From NCBI GenBank assembly GCA_051294375.1, contig CM119271.1:16516212-16580211 (forward strand): a DNA stretch of 64,000 bases, given 5' to 3'. The notes beneath the pieces are model-generated. The model saw nothing but the letters and a program-made list of their open reading frames with translations, had not been told where the DNA came from and did not search any database. Below, in pieces: positions 11,301 to 23,100 of this stretch; position 1 is the first letter of the stretch, and every line of letters starts with the position of its first letter. A program made the translations under genes and the position numbers. Source of the stretch: Paraspadella gotoi. Taxonomy: Eukaryota; Animalia; Chaetognatha.

Positions 11301-13261
11301 GTCTTGATTGAAAGCTTGTAGGTAGCTGCTATGTCATCATCTTGTAAACCACCAAAGCCTGTCCAAAGGCAGGGTCACGATAGCTTATTTATTGAATGAA
11401 TGGATAATTTTCATATTGGTTGTACCAATTTCCTCCCTGAATCATTTTTATGTTTTTGGTTTGAGTAACAATAACTCTAACTTTATATTTATTTTTTGTT
11501 TAATAGTTCTTATCACATTCATCAGTTAAAACAAGTTAAAACAGCATATTTTACTATACTAAATATACGTGGATTTAAATGCTGTTAAAGAATGACATAG
11601 CTGTTTACATTTGATAATAAAGAAACAATAAGTAGAAGCAACTCACGTTTGATACATTGCTCTTTGCGCCCAACGCGTTGTCTTTATCTCTATCATTGCC
11701 ATCTCCCTCACTGTATCCATCTCTATCATTGCCATCTCCCTCACTGTTTCCATCTTCATCATCGTTTATTTTCCTCCATCGCAGCTTCAACCCATTGATA
11801 TCTCCCGACCAGTTCAATCGGCACTTGACGTTAAAAGTCTCGTCAGCCACGCCCCCTTCCGGCACTGGAAATACGACGACCGAGATATTGGCGCCGGAGA
11901 TGGTATTGGCGCTGCACTTGATGAGGCTGGAATAGAGGACAGCCTTGATGGAGGTCTGTGGCTTTGGCAGTGATGCACCTAAAACGGATGGCGTCCACGA
12001 GCAGTCGTATCTAAATGGGAACGAGCCAAATGTCTAAAGAGTAAAGAGTGATCCTATTATTCTTATTACAAAGAGAAGTCCAGACTCACCTCCCGGCATC
12101 TTCCGGCGTTGGCGAATCTTCAAACCGACGCTCAAAGTCACGTAAATTGACGCCGCTCAATTCATTCGTCAAATTATTGGCGTCGTGAAAGAGATTTGGA
12201 TGGATGAAGGTGTTTGGATGACTGCAACTATAGGGGTTAAAATTGAGGGGGTTTAAAACATTGATAAAAATTTATTATACAGTTTAACATTTTGTTAAAA
12301 AAGAAATTTATTACTTTGCTCATTAATTAAAAACAAAAATTTTCGTGGAACAACAATAAAGTTTTTTATTAACTTTGGACATATTTCGGCTTACAACTCA
12401 AGCCTTCATCAGCATTTTGCAGCTTGAGTTGTAAGCCGAAACATGTCCAAAGTTAATAAAAAACTTTATTGTTGTTCCACAAAAATTTTCGTTTTTTAAT
12501 TAATCTCAACAAACAACAAAAGAAAGGATTAATACAATATCTACTTTGCTCATTAAAATTTAATGTTACCTAAACTTCACAGCGCCGGAAAATCTCGCCG
12601 TCTTAACTTCAGCATCAACTCGCCGATTTTGCACAAAGATGCCAGCATTGATGGGTGCTGCAGAAAGAACTTCGCTGTGAACTTTGATGGAAATATCGTC
12701 GAGTCCATCACGAGTAAAAAATACTTTGCGATGCTCTTCGGTGGGTGGCATTGAGTGGCAGTGGATGAGGGAAAAGCCATTGTTGAGCCTGGTACATGTT
12801 ATTATGGACATGTAACATGTTTTTTCTTAAAATTTGTTAGAAATTTATAAACCTTACCTGTTATCTCTGTCCCCAAATGAGATGTCAAAACAGTCAGCAA
12901 TGTCTCTGGTTGACATCTTGTAAAAGCTGATCTCAGTTCTTTCACCATGAGTTTTGTTTAAACGTAACTTCAACTCACAATAGTTTCCATTTCTATAAAA
13001 AAAATAAATACTTAGTAAACAAAAAATTATAACAATAACAATCAAACTATAAAAATATGTCATTCACCTGTCTGTTTGGACCCCGCCCCTCTCCACGGTT
13101 GCGATGTCAACAAAGATTCCCTCATGGATCTCTTCAGGTGTCACTTTTGTGACAGAATCACATATATCAACATGAGTCTTTGATTTAGAAATAGACGTGG
13201 CCAGAAGCAGTAGAAGGGAAAGGATTTGAACGTGGCGAAAACAGAAAAGCAAGGTTGACAT
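5340..13261 (-). CDS. Type-I membrane receptor, paralog 1 (~522 aa): signal peptide, CUB-like, Ig, Ig, TM, Cys-rich segment, tail ending SYEKIRY
   Basis: Exons are 13261-13068, 12992-12858, 12788-12570, 12227-12090, 12010-11647, 11147-10928, 6239-6064 and 5462-5340. All introns are GT-AG, phases are consistent, and the total is 1569 nt. Motifs: Ig F-strand DAGRYDCSW, second Ig FNVKCRLNWSG..LRW..FVC, TM GIYGVVTCVSVILLFILVCCLL. Confidence 0.85.
5571..5729. mobile_element. Palindromic insertion with TSD, probable Penelope-like (PLE) inverted remnant
   Basis: Inverted arms at 5581-5628 and 5637-5684, followed by the tail caacgaaaagaaagg. The flanking direct repeat taaaccagact is at 5571-5581 and 5719-5729. 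Confidence 0.6.
8493..9134 (+). mobile_element. TRIM family A: two LTRs (~8493-8719 and ~8898-9134) carrying a tRNA-Gly-like module
   Basis: The direct repeats end in ..gtctcttCA. PBS-like ttgtgagccca lies at 8720-8730 and PPT-like gggagggtgga at 8887-8897. The LTR has A-box tggtgccggagg, tcgcctcccaa (similar to the tRNA-Gly CCC anticodon arm) and B-box ggttct(a/t)gcc. The 5' LTR start is eroded. Confidence 0.7.
9398..10060 (-). mobile_element. TRIM family B: LTRs 10060-9804 and 9683-9398 carrying a tRNA-Met-like module, with a 4-bp TSD
   Basis: Both LTRs run TGT...ACA. TSD aata is at 9394-9397 and 10061-10064. On the minus strand, PBS TGGTGAGCCCA is at 9802-9792 and a GGGGG PPT lies 2 nt before the 3' LTR. 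The LTR module is GGTGGCTCATTGAGTAAAGCCATCAGCTCATGACC...GGATTCAATCCC. Confidence 0.85.
10563..10820 (+). mobile_element. Solo LTR related to TRIM family C
   Basis: Termini are TGTGGTA...TGCCATA, with flanks gaat/aaat. It carries the tRNA-like gctcgtcccattagcttggacagctaag...gcgttcaatccc and shares the 3' end ccgttgccata with family C. Confidence 0.6.
11230..11432. repeat. Copy of a dispersed ~200-330 bp repeat (others at 17455-17610, 23310-23492, 42275-43077 and 51680-51865)
   Basis: The shared core is gtgaataaacgagactgtgaga..cttgattgaaagcttg..aaaccaccaaagcctgtccaaa..gatagcttattta..attggttgtaccaat. Confidence 0.75.
12312..12556. mobile_element. Palindromic Penelope-like insertion with a hammerhead core and 15-bp TSD, in intron 3 of receptor paralog 1
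   Basis: Arms are at ~12322-12403 and ~12422-12504. TSD tactttgctcattaa is at 12312-12326 and 12542-12556. The insertion is absent from the homologous intron of paralog 2 (16796-16901). Confidence 0.8.
12376..12415 (-). ncRNA. Minimal type-I hammerhead ribozyme motif (PLE type)
   Basis: The minus strand reads tg-CTGATGA-a-GGCTT-gagttgt-AAGCC-GAAA-tatg-TC-ca. This is an intact core with a 5-bp stem II and a very short stem III. Stem I is only about 2 bp. Confidence 0.65.
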
Positions 13262-14261
13262 TCTGGTTGATAAAAGTATATAATGAATGCATCACTAAAA
13301 AAGTCAATTTACTAATTACTATTTTAAAATAATTAGTTTTGGATCAAGACAATATTTAAATGCAAATTAATAAAAATACATAATTTTTTTAAATAATTAA
13401 GCTTTACTTGATTTTTGAGGCTGCTGTACATTTCACAACTTTGGCTTTTTGAATGCTGATACAGTATTAAGGGGCAACTCTACTGGCGCTGCTTCAAAGC
13501 CATTGAAAACATTGCACAGGCGTTGTTGCTTCATACTTCATGTTGTTGCAGCAGAAAGCGATTTAATAAAAATTGATGTGTTTGAAAGAGAGAAAAACAT
13601 TGTTTTGTTTTTTCAGTCATCTCCTTTCATTTTGAATCTGAAAATGAAGCTTATGAGATTATTTAAATCAGTAATATAATAGAGAGTGTAAAAAATTTAG
13701 ACACCAAAAAATCAATTGTGTAAAAAATTCTGTATATACTAAGAACAAGTCAAAAGATAATAAGTAAACTTTTTACACATAGTATAGACACTTTAATTGA
13801 AGTCAAATAATGTGTTAGTAAAAAAAATATTGCAAATGTAGAGATCATAATCACCAAAATGACTTAAATGCCTGTAAATAGGTACATTTTAAAATGTTAC
13901 AGTAGAAGGAAGATTTGATCAAATTCAATTTAATTGTAATGTATGATTTGCAAAACGGCTTTGAGTTTCTCTTAATGTCTTAATGTTATGACTTTTTCTT
14001 GTTGGCAAAAAAAACAACATTTTTAATACCCCGAACTGTTTGACTAGGAATAATGGAGCAGCTTTTACTGTATCAAGCTAACCAAATTTTAAATGATAAA
14101 ACCTTTTTTTTCATTCACTCTTCTAAATTTAAAGTTTATATTGATAATTAATAATTAATAATTAATAATTTTCCTCAATTTTTCTATCAAATCGCCCACG
14201 AGTTTCTCAGCTTTCATATGAATCATATTAATTAATTAGATAATTAATTAATTCATATTAA

Positions 14262-15592
14262 TCAATAACGAATCTCGTCGTAAGGGTTGTGAGGTCGTCT
14301 CACTTCACCATTGCTGACGACGTCGATGGCGAAAACGTCGTCGTCGTCGTTGTTGTTGTCGTCGTTCTTATCGTCGTTGCGGTTTAGACGAGAGACTCGG
14401 GGTGAAGGTTGGGAGTCGAGGGTAAGTTCAGTTGGAGCCAGAGAGACATTGTCATTCTGTGAAGAGATTTGCCAATAAATATAGAATTAAATAAACATAA
14501 AATTAAATAAATATATAAATAAATAAATATATAAATCAATAAATCAATCAATCAATTCTACCTTTAAGCCTTTCACTCTCATTAACTTTTCCATCTGCCC
14601 AGGACAGCAGAAGAAACCGCAGCAGAGTTTCTCCAGCGCAGTGAAGCAGCAGGGGCGCGTCCTTTCAAAGTGGAAGAGACAGATGATGATGGCGATGATG
14701 AAAATTACGATGACACAGATGATGGCGGCGTAAAGACCTGGTTGGATGAAAGATGGTTAGAAAAGAAATAGGTAAGAAATAAATTAGTATATTATGGGTT
14801 GGGTTAAAGGAAAAAAGGAATTGTTTTGTAAATTGCTTCAGCGATTTACTTTACCCTTGAATTTCGTTCATTTTTTCCCCTTTTTTTTGTCCATCATTTT
14901 TTTCCCCGTCATCTCCTCTCTCCTACTAGGAGGTTTTCTTTCATTTTGGTTCAGATTCCTATTGATTTCTATAAAGATTTGCTATTTTGTCTGCACCCAC
15001 CTATTTTTCACTTGCATTGCTTTACACAAAATAGCATATTTGCATGTTTTCAACATATTTTTCTAGAGGGAACCATAAATAAGATAATTTTTTAGGACAA
15101 AAGAACACTTCTTTAAAGGTCCTGTTCTTTTTTGTCAAACAAAACAATATTCAACTTAAGTTTTTTTATATTTTAAGCTTTATTTACTAGAGGGCTCCCT
15201 AAACAAAAGAATATTCAGTAAAACAAGATAGCACTTTTGATTAAGTTTTCCAAATCATTTACCAGATGTCTTATTCTTTTTTAAAAAATAAAGGAACATG
15301 CATAATAAATTTGATCTGCACCTGCTAGATTTTCCTTTGCTCCTGCTTTTAAACAAAGTAACAATTAAAAAAATTGTGCAAGTTGAAAAAATGATGCAAG
15401 CTAAAAAAATGATGCAAGCTGAAAAAATAAAAAAGTTAAAAAATGATGCAAATTTAAAAAGATATTATAAGTGCCGCAGTAACAGTTCAGTTTAAGCCCT
15501 TTAAAGCGATTTATATGTATTGGCGCATCCACTGGTTTGAGTATGTACCCCCTTAACAACTCCATATAAGCCTCTATTTTATCGTTTGGTCG

Positions 15593-15630
<38 letters not shown>

Positions 15631-17880
15631 TTCTGGCTTTAATACCATTTTTTCAATTATCTATAATTTAAGTGATAATGTATCATCTTAATTAATATTT
15701 CAGCAGAAGATCAGTAACTACAAGGTGCATAATGAAATCAGTTTTGCACTTGATATGTATTGTTTATGTAATAGTTTTTAGTTATTTTACCTAATACTTA
15801 GTAAAAAGTTAAAGCATTATTAAACCCATTTTGTTCTAACTTTTACACTTGCTAATATGAAAATGCGTAGACCTAAAAAATTAACTGCGGTGCAACACCT
15901 TGATCATGTCAGTTCTTCTCTCAATAAGAAAATTAGACTACATTTCATTTTTCCTTCTTCTCAACTCTTTACCTCTAAAATCCTGCTCATCATCATCGTC
16001 CATTCGTGGGATCGGCGAGACACGAAAATTCACGCTGCACGCTTCCGGCGCGGGCCCTTCGAATCCCCTCCGATCCATCAAATCGCAAACGTAGGTCGTC
16101 GTCGTCTTCCAAGTTTTCGGCGTCACTCTGAAATCGGCCTTCATGCGGCGTCCATCGTCGTTGGAAACGACGCCGGGAACGTCGATGCCTTTGAAGGTTT
16201 CGTTCCATTCCGTCCACTGAAGTCTCAAGCCATTGGCATCGCCGACCCAGTCGAGTTGGCACTGCATGTCGAAGGTTTCGTCAGCAACATCTCCGGTTGA
16301 AGCTGGAAAGATAATGATAGATTCGTTCTTATCGGAAATATAGTTTGCGCCACAATTGATTCGACGCTGATAAAGGATGGCGTTTATGGAAGTACGCGGT
16401 GGTGGAGGGGAACCGCCAGCATCTTGATGCGTCCACGAGCAGTCGTATCTTTAAAAAAAGAAAAAGTGGAGGGAAAAGTGGGTGCTCCAAATTAAATGCA
16501 TAAAAATAACAAATCAAAATACTCAATGGAAAAAATCAAAATTAGGCACCATTTTCTGAACACGCTTAATTTCTGTTATTAATTCCCAAACTTAATTTTT
16601 GATATCTAACTCTTCTGGAAAAGATGTTTTAAAATTGAAATCTACAATAAGATTTACCTTCCAGCATCAGCTAAAGTCGGCGCGTATTCAAACTTTCGCT
16701 CAAAGTCACGTAAATTCTCTCCGTTCAATTCATTTGTCAAATTATTGGCGCCATGGAAGAGATTTGGATGGATGAAAGGGTTGGGATGACTGCAACTTTT
16801 GGGCGGTTAGAGTTAAAGGAGTTTAAAACATTGATGAAAATTATGACATTATTAAACATTTAGTTTAAATAGGAAGTTACTATTTTAAATTTTAATGTTA
16901 CCTAAACTTCACAGCACCGGAAAATCTTGCCATCTTAACTTCAGCATCAACTCGCCGATTTTGCACAAAGATACCAGCATTGATGGGTGCTGCAGAAAGA
17001 ACTTCGCTGTGAACTTTAATGGTAATGTCGTCGAGTCCATCACGAGTGAAAAAGACTTTGCGATGCTCATCGGTGGGAGTCATTGAGTGGCAGTGGATTG
17101 GGGTGTGACCTTGGTTTGCACTGATGAATAAGGGTTGACAGTCGGTGTTTATATTTTAATTGTTATCACTCTTGAAACTCACTTGTTATCTCTGTCCCCA
17201 AACTCGATGTCGAAACAGTCAGCAACGTATCTGGTCGACGTCTTGGAGAAGCTGATCTCAGTTCTTTCTCCGTGAGTTTTGTTGAGGCGTAACGCGACTT
17301 CGCAATATTCACCATTTCTAAGACATGAAGAGGGCAAAAGTATTAAAATTAGATGGGTACAAACTATCTTGTTATAAAATGTTATACTTTTTTCAAATTA
17401 AATAAGATTACTTTAGATTTTCATCGATTGAATGGTTAATTTTTATTTTATGAGATTGGTACAACCAATATAAAAATTAAGCATTTATTTTTATTAAGAA
17501 ATAATCTATTTTGCCTTTGCCTTTTGACGGGTTGCGGTTAGGGCCTCCATCACTCTTTCAAACTAATAACATAGAATGACCCTGAAAGATTTCAATCAAG
17601 ACTATATTTTTAACAATATTTTCTTACATTTTAACAATGTCTCATACATACGCGGTCAAAACCCGCGAAAGATGTTCACTGACCTGTCTTTCAGGACACC
17701 AGCCCTCTCCGCTGTTCCGATTTCAATAAAGACGCCGGCGTGGACTTCATCCGGAGTCACTTTTGGATCCTTGGCGCAGACGTCAACGCGTTTGTGATGG
17801 TCGGAAGTGGGCGTGGCCGAGTGGAGGAGGAGGAGGCAAAGGAGGGAGAGAGCGAGTAAGGGAGAGAGAGAGGAAGGCAT
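14262..17880 (-). CDS. Type-I membrane receptor, paralog 2 (~511 aa): signal peptide, CUB-like, Ig, Ig, TM, Cys-rich segment, tail ending PYDEIRY
   Basis: Exons are 17880-17684, 17317-17183, 17120-16902, 16795-16658, 16448-15973, 14737-14562 and 14456-14262. Introns are GT-AG, phases are consistent, and the total is 1536 nt. Exon sizes of 135, 219, 138 and 176 nt match paralog 1. Motifs: DAGRYDCSW and TM GLYAAIICVIVIFIIAIIICLF. Confidence 0.88.
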
Positions 17881-19027
17881 AGTTTGGGCGAAGAGTTTTT
17901 GTTTGATTGATTGATTGATTCGGACAGATTGTGTTGGAGTTTTTGTTGTCGTTGTTGCTGCTTTCATTCACTTGGTCGGGGTTTAATTCGTTGTCGAGTT
18001 TTCTCGATAGTCATCGTTGTCGTCGTCGTCATTTGAGATTCTTTCAATTGAGATCCATTTAAAACTAAAAAATAAAAAAATAAGACATCCGAAAGTAAAC
18101 TAATGAAAACTTAACGAATATAAATTCTAAAAATAAATCCGTATTTAAAAATTGTAGATCTCCGAGCTTGACAAAACATAAAGAGGGGATTTGAATTATA
18201 AACGACAGTAGTTTTAATTCGTGAACAATATACGTAGCCTTTTTTCATATTGGCACGGAAAGATGTTATCGAAAATCATTTTAAACTCTCGAAAATGGAA
18301 TGCGAAAAGTTTTACAAATATGCGAAGAGTTTGAGCGATATATGCGACATTTAGTAGCATAAAGTGCAATCATGAGAAATGAAATCACAAGGTGTAGTCT
18401 TATAGGGGATAGATGGGAAGGCACAGGTTTCCTTTTGTAAACAAAAATATAATTCTAGTATATACGAAACATAATTCGAGAGTAAAGCTTTTTTCGGTAA
18501 CTAATGAGACAAAGTTATAAAGCTACTATTCGTTGAATAAGATCAGTATAAAAATTGAAAATAATAATCTTGAAAGCTTTTCAATAATTTTACGAGTAAA
18601 AATGATAAAAATGATTTTTCTGCACATTTGAATATTTGGTGGACTTTTATACGATTTTTCCTTTTCTTATCGGTTATCACTTCATCGTTTCCTTTTTCCA
18701 TTCCTGTTTTAGTAAAATCTATTGTCATTTTTCGTTCGGCTGTATTTTCGGCACCGTTTTCCAAAAGCGCCCTATTTCAGTTTCTAATTTTAAACTAATC
18801 TTAAACCCGATGAAATTTAAATGCTAATGCATATAGCGTTACAAGCCTAATTAAAATTATTATATTACTATGTAAAGGGAAAAAAAAATTGAAATCTTAA
18901 AATTTTTTTTTGGATTCTGATAGAGCATAAAAAGTTAAACAAGAAATATAATTACAGCTTTTAAAAATTCTTAAATTCTCAGTAAAAATATAAAAAAACT
19001 AATAAAATCATCGAAAGATGATGATGA

Positions 19028-19097
19028 TGAGCCACCGGGTCACGACTGAGGGTGTCATGCTTATAGACGAGGTGAACTTGTGCAACGCCCGACTACA
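19028..19097 (-). mobile_element. TRIM family B LTR fragment
   Basis: tgagccaccgggtcacgactga...gcccgactaca matches 9614-9683. Confidence 0.7.
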
Positions 19098-19417
19098 CTT
19101 ATCATAAAAATAATTCCTAGGGTATATAAGGAATTATTATATTCCATATAAGGAATTTTTGTCCATTTTGTCCAATTTTTTGAAAGTATACTTAAAAATG
19201 TATAAATTTTCGTTTGAGAATGTACTCACTCAAAATTTCTGACTCACCCCATTGAGTGCGGCTACCCCTAACCCTAAATTTTAAAATTTTGAAAATAGTA
19301 CCGGTTTTTCTTTGAGTTTTTGCTTTCCCAACATTTTCTTTTTTGGTTCAATCATCCTTAGAAGCTGCGTTGTACTTTTGTTCATCATTTCCTCTCAACC
19401 AGCGCCACCTTTTTTTT

Positions 19418-19677
19418 TCAAATCTGCGACGTCCGATAACTCCGGGTTCGTCCGCCAGGATCTCCCTCTACCGACGAGACTGAGTGGGCGAGGGAGTTGA
19501 GCGAGGGATGCTGCGAGATGCTCTTCTCGTTGAAGTCCGTATCCATGGAGATGCTGTCGTTTTTGTCGTCGCTCCAGAGAGAGTTGGGAGGAGGGAGAGA
19601 GTCGAGGGCGGGGTTGCTGGCGGCCACGGAGGCGTCGTCGGTCTAATCAAGAGTTGGGGGAGAGAGAGGGAGAGAGA

Positions 19678-19720
<43 letters not shown>

Positions 19721-20104
19721 AGAGAATCAAGTCTTATCCCTATTAGTTAAAAAAATCATGTATAACTTTGGTCCCTCAAAAAAATGATCCATTCCCACCC
19801 CTTTCTGTTCAGCCTATTAGATATTATGATTTTTCATTAATGACTCTCTAACAGGAATGATGTGTGATATCTATTAGAAAACTAGGACAGATTGTAATCT
19901 ATTTCCAGAAGACAACACTGACTTCCCCTTCCTAAATTGAGTTATTATATATAATGATGAGTAAAAAATATTTAAGAAAGCAATACATATATAAATTATA
20001 TATTTAAAGAATATCTAGATTAAAAAATAAATCCTTCATAAAATATAAAAATAGAAAATAGTGAAACAAGCAATTTGAAAATTTTCATAGAAAGATGAGA
20101 GAGA

Positions 20105-20191
<87 letters not shown>

Positions 20192-23100
20192 GGAGGATAA
20201 AAAGAGAGATAGCTAGCGAGATTGACAGAGAGAACCAAAGAGATAGAGAGAGAGAATGAGAGAGAGATTAAGAGAGAGTGATAGAGAGAGAAAAAAGAAA
20301 GAGAATAAGAGAATCAAATAGAAAGAGAGATAGAGAAAGAGAGATAGAGAAAGAGAGAGAGAGAGAGAGAGGGCTAAAAGAGAGAAAGAGCTAGCGAGAT
20401 TGACAAAGAGAACCAAAGAGATTGAGAGAGAGAATGAGAGAGAGATTAAGAGAGACACAGAGTTAACGAGAGATAGAGAGAGAGCGAGAGAGAAAAAACA
20501 AGTTTGAGCAAACTATGTTGGATATGCCTACGATAATAAAGCGGTAATCAGCTAATCAGATGATAAATGACGATAATTCTTTCAATTTGTGATCCTAACT
20601 GATAATAACAGATTGTACCATACCAAACCAATGCTTGCGCTAATACATGTAAATCGCTTGCCAAGGATTAATTTTTTTAACTATTATCATTTTTTCAACT
20701 CGCACCATTTTTCTAACTTTATATTCTGCTCAGTCACACACTTTCTTACCCACACACAAAATTTTATTTCATTCTAGCCATCCAATTATGAATAATTTGA
20801 GTACTTACGGGTTAAAATTAGTAAAAAGATTCAAGTTTAATTTGGCTTATGTTTTTTCCATTTAAACTAATTTCCACTCGCACAATTCCATCGAATATTT
20901 ATATCCAGGTTCGTCACACACTTTCTCACTCACACACAAAATTTCATGCCAATCCATTCATCCAATCACGAATAATTGGAGTTTTTTGTTAAGGTGGGAT
21001 GAACGGACGGACGGACGGACGGACGGACGGACGGACGGACATACAGAAAGATGGACGGACGGACGGACGGACAGACATCTTTTTTTAAAATAATTTATTA
21101 TAATTTGATGTTCTCACATGATTTAAGTTAATGCCCGACAAGATTGAGGGGGCGGACCGACGAACCGACAAAGTGAATTATAGAGTTGGAATCTGCTGAT
21201 TAGCAGATCCGACTAAAAAGAAACCGAGAGACCAAGAGACAGAAAGACCAAGATAAACCTTACCCTATAACTTCCCCAATGAGTCATTCCCTCCATTCCT
21301 CTGCAACATCCTCTGCATGTTCTCGTCAAATCTCCCCACGCAGTCGAAGCCTCTTCCTCACTTCCTCGTCTTCTCTTGAAGAACAGAACGGCAACGACGA
21401 CGGCGACGACGACGACGACGATAAAGACGCCCAGGGCGACGAAACCGCCCTAAGAGATTTAATTAAAGGGTGTAAGAGAGAGTTAATTATTTAATTAAAG
21501 GGGGCTTGGGGAGATTTAGATTAATTAAAGGGGGCTGAGGAGATTTAGATTTAGATTTATATTTAATTAAAAGGGGTTGGGAAGATTTAGATTAATTAAA
21601 GGGGGTTGGGGAGATTTAGTTTTAGATTTAATAAGGGGGTTGGAGATTTAGATTTAGATTTAATTAAGGGAGGTTGGGGAGATTTAGATTAATTAAAGGG
21701 GGGTTGGGGAGATTTAGATAAATTGAAGGGGGTTGGGAGATTTAGATTTAGATTTAATTAAAGGGGGGTTGGGGAAATTTAGATATAGATTAATTTAAGG
21801 GAGGTTGGGGAGATTTAGATTTAGTTTAATTTATGTGAGTTGGGGAGATTTATATTAATTAAAGATGGTTGGGAGATTTAGATTTAGATTTAATTAAAGG
21901 GGGTTGGGTAGATTTAGATTAATTAAAAAGGGGTTGGGGAGATTTAAATTTAGATTTAATTAAAGGGGGGTTGCGCAGATTTAGATTTAAATTAATTAAA
22001 AGAGGGAAGTTTTAGATTTAGATTAATTAGATTTTGAGGGATAGAGTGATTAATATTTAGGAATTTAAAATTTTTATAAATGGGGGCGATTAGGGATTTA
22101 GAATTTTGGATTTAGAGAATTAGAGATTTAAATTCTAGATTTTCTAATAGAATTTTGGGATTTGATATCAGATATTTCAATTTCAGGTTATTGGAGAATT
22201 AGGGAAAATATTGACAATTATCATGGACGAGTGATTGAGATTTGCGAATTTGAAATATTATAAAAAAAGTATCCATTCCCTCCCCTTTCTGTTCAGCCCT
22301 CTTAGATATTATGATTTTTCATTAATGACTTTCTAACAGGAATGATGTGTGATATCTACTAGGACAGATTGTACTATCTTGGAAAAAAGTATATGACATT
22401 TTTAATAAAAGATATCTACTCAAAAACTTATTTAATTTAAAAAAAATCAGAATGTTTCCGAATCTATATTGAATTTCCTCTCAGTAGCTTCCTTCTATTT
22501 TTTTTGTTGGTCAAATCGTTTAGAAGTTACAGAAAAAAAAATATTGCTATTTAAATGAAAAATGGCGAAAAAAAATATATTTAATTTTCCACCATTTTTG
22601 GTATTTATTTATTTGTTTTTATTTTAAATAGAGTTAGTTATTTTTTTAATATTTTTTTTAATTTGGTAATGCTAACGGCCTTGCACCTCTTTCTGGTTCA
22701 ATAAAGTAAAGAAGGAAAGATGCGCAACATTAATATCGAGGCTGCGCAGAATTGCGTTAAAGATGTCGAAAAACATTTCTTTGTCATACCTCAATTTGCT
22801 GTATAAGAGCATACCCAGACAAAGGCAGGCAGTAATTGATGCCGAGGAAGGGTTTACCAAATATTGAGAATGTTATCATTGAGGCGACTTACCACCGGTC
22901 TCTCTCTCTAAACCCGGTCAATCTAAGGTCATTGCCAAAGCTAGGGCAAAGTGACCGTGTGGAACAGACCGGCTCGAAGAAAGAGGAGAGAGGAAGGGTT
23001 TAGAGAGAGAGACCGGTGGTAAGTCGCCTCATCATGATGTTTTACCCATGTTTTATATACTTTTTATTGAATAAAGGAATTATGTCATATACTTTTTTCC

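Noticed and set aside
14311-14342. ctgacga-c-gtc-gat-ggc-gaaa hammerhead-like string
   Set aside because: It is antisense to a coding exon rich in GAC/GTC codons, its stems are marginal and stem I is absent, so it is probably chance.
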